A DNA stretch of 63,330 nucleotides, counting the filler, from Dirinaria sp. TL-2023a (lineage: Eukaryota), in assembly GCA_051941275.1 (NCBI GenBank). It is 34 parts of 34 records of this genome, joined end to end, with 100 filler letters (N's around TTAATTAATTAA, not from the genome) between each part and the next. Parts side by side here need not be neighbours in the genome. Positions count along the whole stretch, not along the records: positions 59,761 to 61,495 come from JAVEBF010002563.1; positions 61,596 to 63,330 come from JAVEBF010002564.1; 32 more parts are not named here. The stretch is one strand, 5' to 3'. Shown piece by piece: positions 59,761 to 63,330 of the stretch (the first letter of the stretch is position 1; each line of letters begins with the position of its first letter). The notes beneath the pieces were generated by a model. The model had not been told where the DNA came from and ran no database searches. It was given only the letters and a program-made list of their open reading frames with translations. The translations under genes were made by a program, and so were the position numbers.

Positions 59761-61495
59761 TAAACAGAGCATTTGAGACAACGTTAGATTTGTCGACTTT
59801 ATGTCTGATTTTGATGTCAAAGCTGAATAAATATTGAGACGCTCGAACGAGCCGCAAATTCAGCTTATCGATGCTGAACGTGCTCAAACTAGTTTGTCTG
59901 AATATCGATACTGCTGCTGAATGATCTATATAAATAACGATCGATGAACACTCGATTGTCTTTATCATGTGTCTGATCTTTCGTACAACTCAGACTATGT
60001 CTGCGACTTTCAATTTCGTTGATCAGTAGTTTCGCTTCGCTTCATTAAGACATCTATTTAGAAACATTATAAATTGAACTGATGTTCTCGAAAACGATTC
60101 TTTTCTCACGTCGTTTTTGATATGATAGATCATGATCGCGAAGTCTCATTTTTTGAAGACGTTCAAATCAATGTACAAGAGTCTGATTCTGTTGTAATGT
60201 GTTAGAAAAGTGAGCGTCTGAAACGCTGTTTTAATATCTTCAAATGCTTCTAACTCGTCAGAGATAAGATCATAATGAGTTCTAGCCGCGATCTTTTTTC
60301 TCTCTGTTTGTTTGCTCTTGAGCATGTTCTTGATCAATAATGTCTTTCTTTTCTGCAAAATTTGACAACGCTGCGCATAATAAGACATCGAGAAGCGTAA
60401 TCAGCCCGTGAGATTTAGAAAAATTTTCAGATCACGTAGCGTGTGAGGAAATTTTAGTGACGTTATCGCGGCAATTTTTTCAGCACTAGTGAACATTTTT
60501 AGACTGTCAACTTTTTGACTCAGAAGGCTGACGAATGAGTATTCTAGATACGATTTGATAGACGACAGACTCACTTTTCGCATTCGAAATAGTTGAAAAA
60601 TTAGTTTGAGATGTCGAAGATGTTTCTTGAATGTTTTACTAAAGATGATGATATCATCTATGTACGCTTTCGCGAAATGCTTGTAAGATCGTAGTAACTT
60701 GTCGATTTGTCTTTGAACGTAAAGCGAACTACTCTTGTAGCTCATTAAAGCAACGCTTGATTTCTCTTGCCCTCTGTGTGATATTATTGTAAATTTGAAT
60801 CTATCGAAACGTTTAACATTGAACTGATGAAATCAATCTATCGCATCGATAGTAAAGATGTATGAGTAATCAGTCATCGCGTCGATGATATCGATCTGAA
60901 GAGATAATGAGTATGTGTCAATCTCGATAATTTCGTTCAGGCTTCGTATATCTACGACTGCTCTTTTCTTTCGTTCTTCTGACGTATCTCTTCACACAAC
61001 AAATACAGAGTAATTAAACGATGTTGATTGTGTAGTGAACGTCATTTTGTCTTGCTCGTGAAGTTTGTCAAATGTTGTATCGACTATCTCTCTGTTCTTT
61101 GAGCTCAGTGAGTAAACTTTATTTGCCCTCGAGATAGCGCCAGACTTCAAATTTATCGACATTCACTCACTCTCAGACACATCGACGATTGTTCTCTTGT
61201 CTTCGAAAACGTCATTATACTCGCTGATCAGAGTTTGTATGTTCGATGCTATATTTGCAGTTTCATATATCGTGACTTCATTGAGCATAATGTGCTTCAT
61301 TTTGAGGTCGATTGCTGATATGATGAGGGCCGCAGAGAGTGAATTGAAGACTGACGCTGTTGTCTGAACGTGGCTCAACGCTGTTGTTTCAGACATCGAT
61401 CGATCTGACGTCATACTGACATACGCTGTCGTCATTGCTGCAGCTGTCTTTGCCAATTTCCCTTTTCATTTCGATAGAATAGATGTGAACTTGTC
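59761..61495 (-). pseudogene. Hypermutated Ty3/gypsy pol (RT + RNase H)
   Basis: MSYKSSSLYVQRQ (from MGYKGSPPYVQRQ), AYIDDIIIFS, LYIDLNVFKK*DFA (from DLDASK.WGFA), IYIDHSA, RHKVDKSNVVSNAL. Confidence 0.93.
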
Positions 61496-63330
61496 NNNNN
61501 NNNNNNNNNNNNNNNNNNNNNNNNNNNNNNNNNNNNNNNTTAATTAATTAANNNNNNNNNNNNNNNNNNNNNNNNNNNNNNNNNNNNNNNNNNNNTTACC
61601 GGTCTCATATCTCTCGCATCTGAACCATTAGCATGCTTACACTTTTCACTCCACTACTGGATCAATTCAGAGTCTATGCAAGCTGGGCATCATGCCTGTC
61701 ATAATTCTGTGCAGGAAAATGGACATTTATTCAAGACGGGTGGCAAAACACTCATCCAGGACGTCAATGCTTCTGTAATCGAAGCAATCACTACGTACAA
61801 GGATCTGACTTCACGGCAAGCACTGTTCCTAGGCTGTCAGAAAATGAGAAAACCCAAAGTATTCAGTTTTTGAGCAGGATCGTTTGCGCCTAAATCTCTT
61901 TGTGAGGCTTTCAACAAACAGCGGCCACTACCATTCTCTTTCAATCAACAATTTATCAATAGGAGATTGGTTGTCGTCAGTACAGAAACATTGGATATGC
62001 TCGAACATCGACTAGGCTTTTTTTGGATCTAGATCTTCTTGAAGCTCGAAGAAGGATGAATTTAATTTTTCGAGATGGTTGAATAACTAAATATCTTAAG
62101 CACGCTGAAACTTCGCGTTGTTATCATGTATCTTTCCTTGACTTTATCTCTTTTAGATCGAAGGTCTTCACAAATTCCCTCTATCACCGAAGCCTTCCGA
62201 CAAAGGTCGTTCCAAAGTTTGGCTGTTCGAAATTCGATCCTTCTAATAATATATCAGTTCTTCTAAAATCCATCGCTCATCCATTCCCCACTATCTCAAA
62301 ATCCATATCCTGTAAACCCGCCACTGGGCGGCTCTATCTCTACCATTTAATCCAGAGTTATGAAGAAAACCAGACCAAGACCTTCACAAGACAATTATGG
62401 AGCGTTTTCAACAGACTTACCAACTTATAAAACACTCTTCGTTCTTATTATGTGCTGAGCATAGGTCAGGACTAAGCTAACTTCGAAGACTTCTCTCTCT
62501 CCTGTTCTTCTCATAGTTGATAACTCTTGTCACCACCTCTTGTCTTCGACCATAAACTATATATCATCAATCATTACACGCAATCACTCAATTATCAAAA
62601 TGTCAGCAGGTGGTTTGCTTGCATTCGATTGACGCGAAGCGTCATTCACAAAGAAGAGAGTGGATCGCATAGGCAAGCTGTTCACGAGACTGGACCAAAG
62701 ATACGAGACAAGTCTGTGTCTCTCCCAAAGTACGGCTAAGGATGCAAATTGCTTGCAGATGGAGGACGAAGAATTAAGCTTGAATAGTTCGACGTATCGA
62801 AAAAGCTGTAAGTCTCTACTAAAATTGAGTTTTCGACGTTTTTTCATTTTCTCGATGATCTGATCGATGTCTTACTGCAAAGAAGCTTCGCGATTGAGAA
62901 CATCGTCACTACGATGAAATGCTGAAGCGGATCCGGAGGCGGATCTGGCCCGGCGCTCGAGGGTGCCTGAGCAGTTGACGAGAATCTGCTGCATGAGTTG
63001 TCTAAGTCACCTCGCGACGGACCCGTCGCACAAGGTAAGTGGACTGCTATTTGTGGAAGATTGCTAACTTTTCTAGTGCTCAAAGAGAAGGGACCTTCGG
63101 CGTCCCCGTTGCGCTTTATTGCGCAAGAAGGTTAGTTGCTTGCTGTGTTTTGATTTCGCTAACCCTTCGCAGTGCCGACTTCTGTCTCAGACTCGAATTC
63201 TCACCAATTAAGAAGAATGGAATTTTTTGTCCGACTCTTCTTGCTGTCTCTCGAGATGTGTTGATCAATTAGGGATTAACACATTCGAACTCTGGGAGTG
63301 TATTATCCAAAACCGGGGCTACATCTTGGC

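Noticed and set aside
1805..61595. Regularly spaced TTAATTAATTAA repeats as a CRISPR-like or biological array
   Set aside because: Always embedded in fixed N runs between size-sorted contigs; an assembly linker.
61596..63330. Short ORFs in the last contig
   Set aside because: No recognisable family and no consistent frame.

Overview
This window is not one locus. It is 34 unrelated contigs of about 1.74-1.80 kb, sorted by decreasing length and joined by 33 artificial 100-nt linkers (44 N + TTAATTAATTAA + 44 N). The DNA is nuclear sequence of a filamentous ascomycete: short GT-AG introns with CT(A/G)AC branch sites and typical Pezizomycotina gene families. About half the contigs carry ordinary genes or gene fragments: NmrA-like and other NAD(P)-binding proteins, a GMC oxidoreductase, an amino-acid permease, PPN1, a dynamin-like GTPase, an AN1 zinc-finger protein, a Gfo/Idh/MocA oxidoreductase, an MFS transporter, a Zn-cluster-type transcription factor, a DTD-type rhodopsin and an F-box protein. 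Many of the rest are decayed transposons: Ty3/gypsy gag/pol, at least five LTR families, a miniature LTR element, pogo, LINE and a CACTA-like element. The main signal is a repeat-directed hypermutation with an unusual target. Intact and mutated copies of the same LTRs differ mostly by C->T at the 5' C of CpC (GG->GA on the other strand), with CpA and CpG largely spared, unlike the CpA-biased RIP of Neurospora. The same signature (Trp TGG->TGA, Gly->Asp/Glu, Pro->Ser/Leu) has broken an intron-containing SNF2 helicase and appears to have hit an O-methyltransferase and a NACHT gene. All family calls come from motif recognition by eye and all counts are manual.
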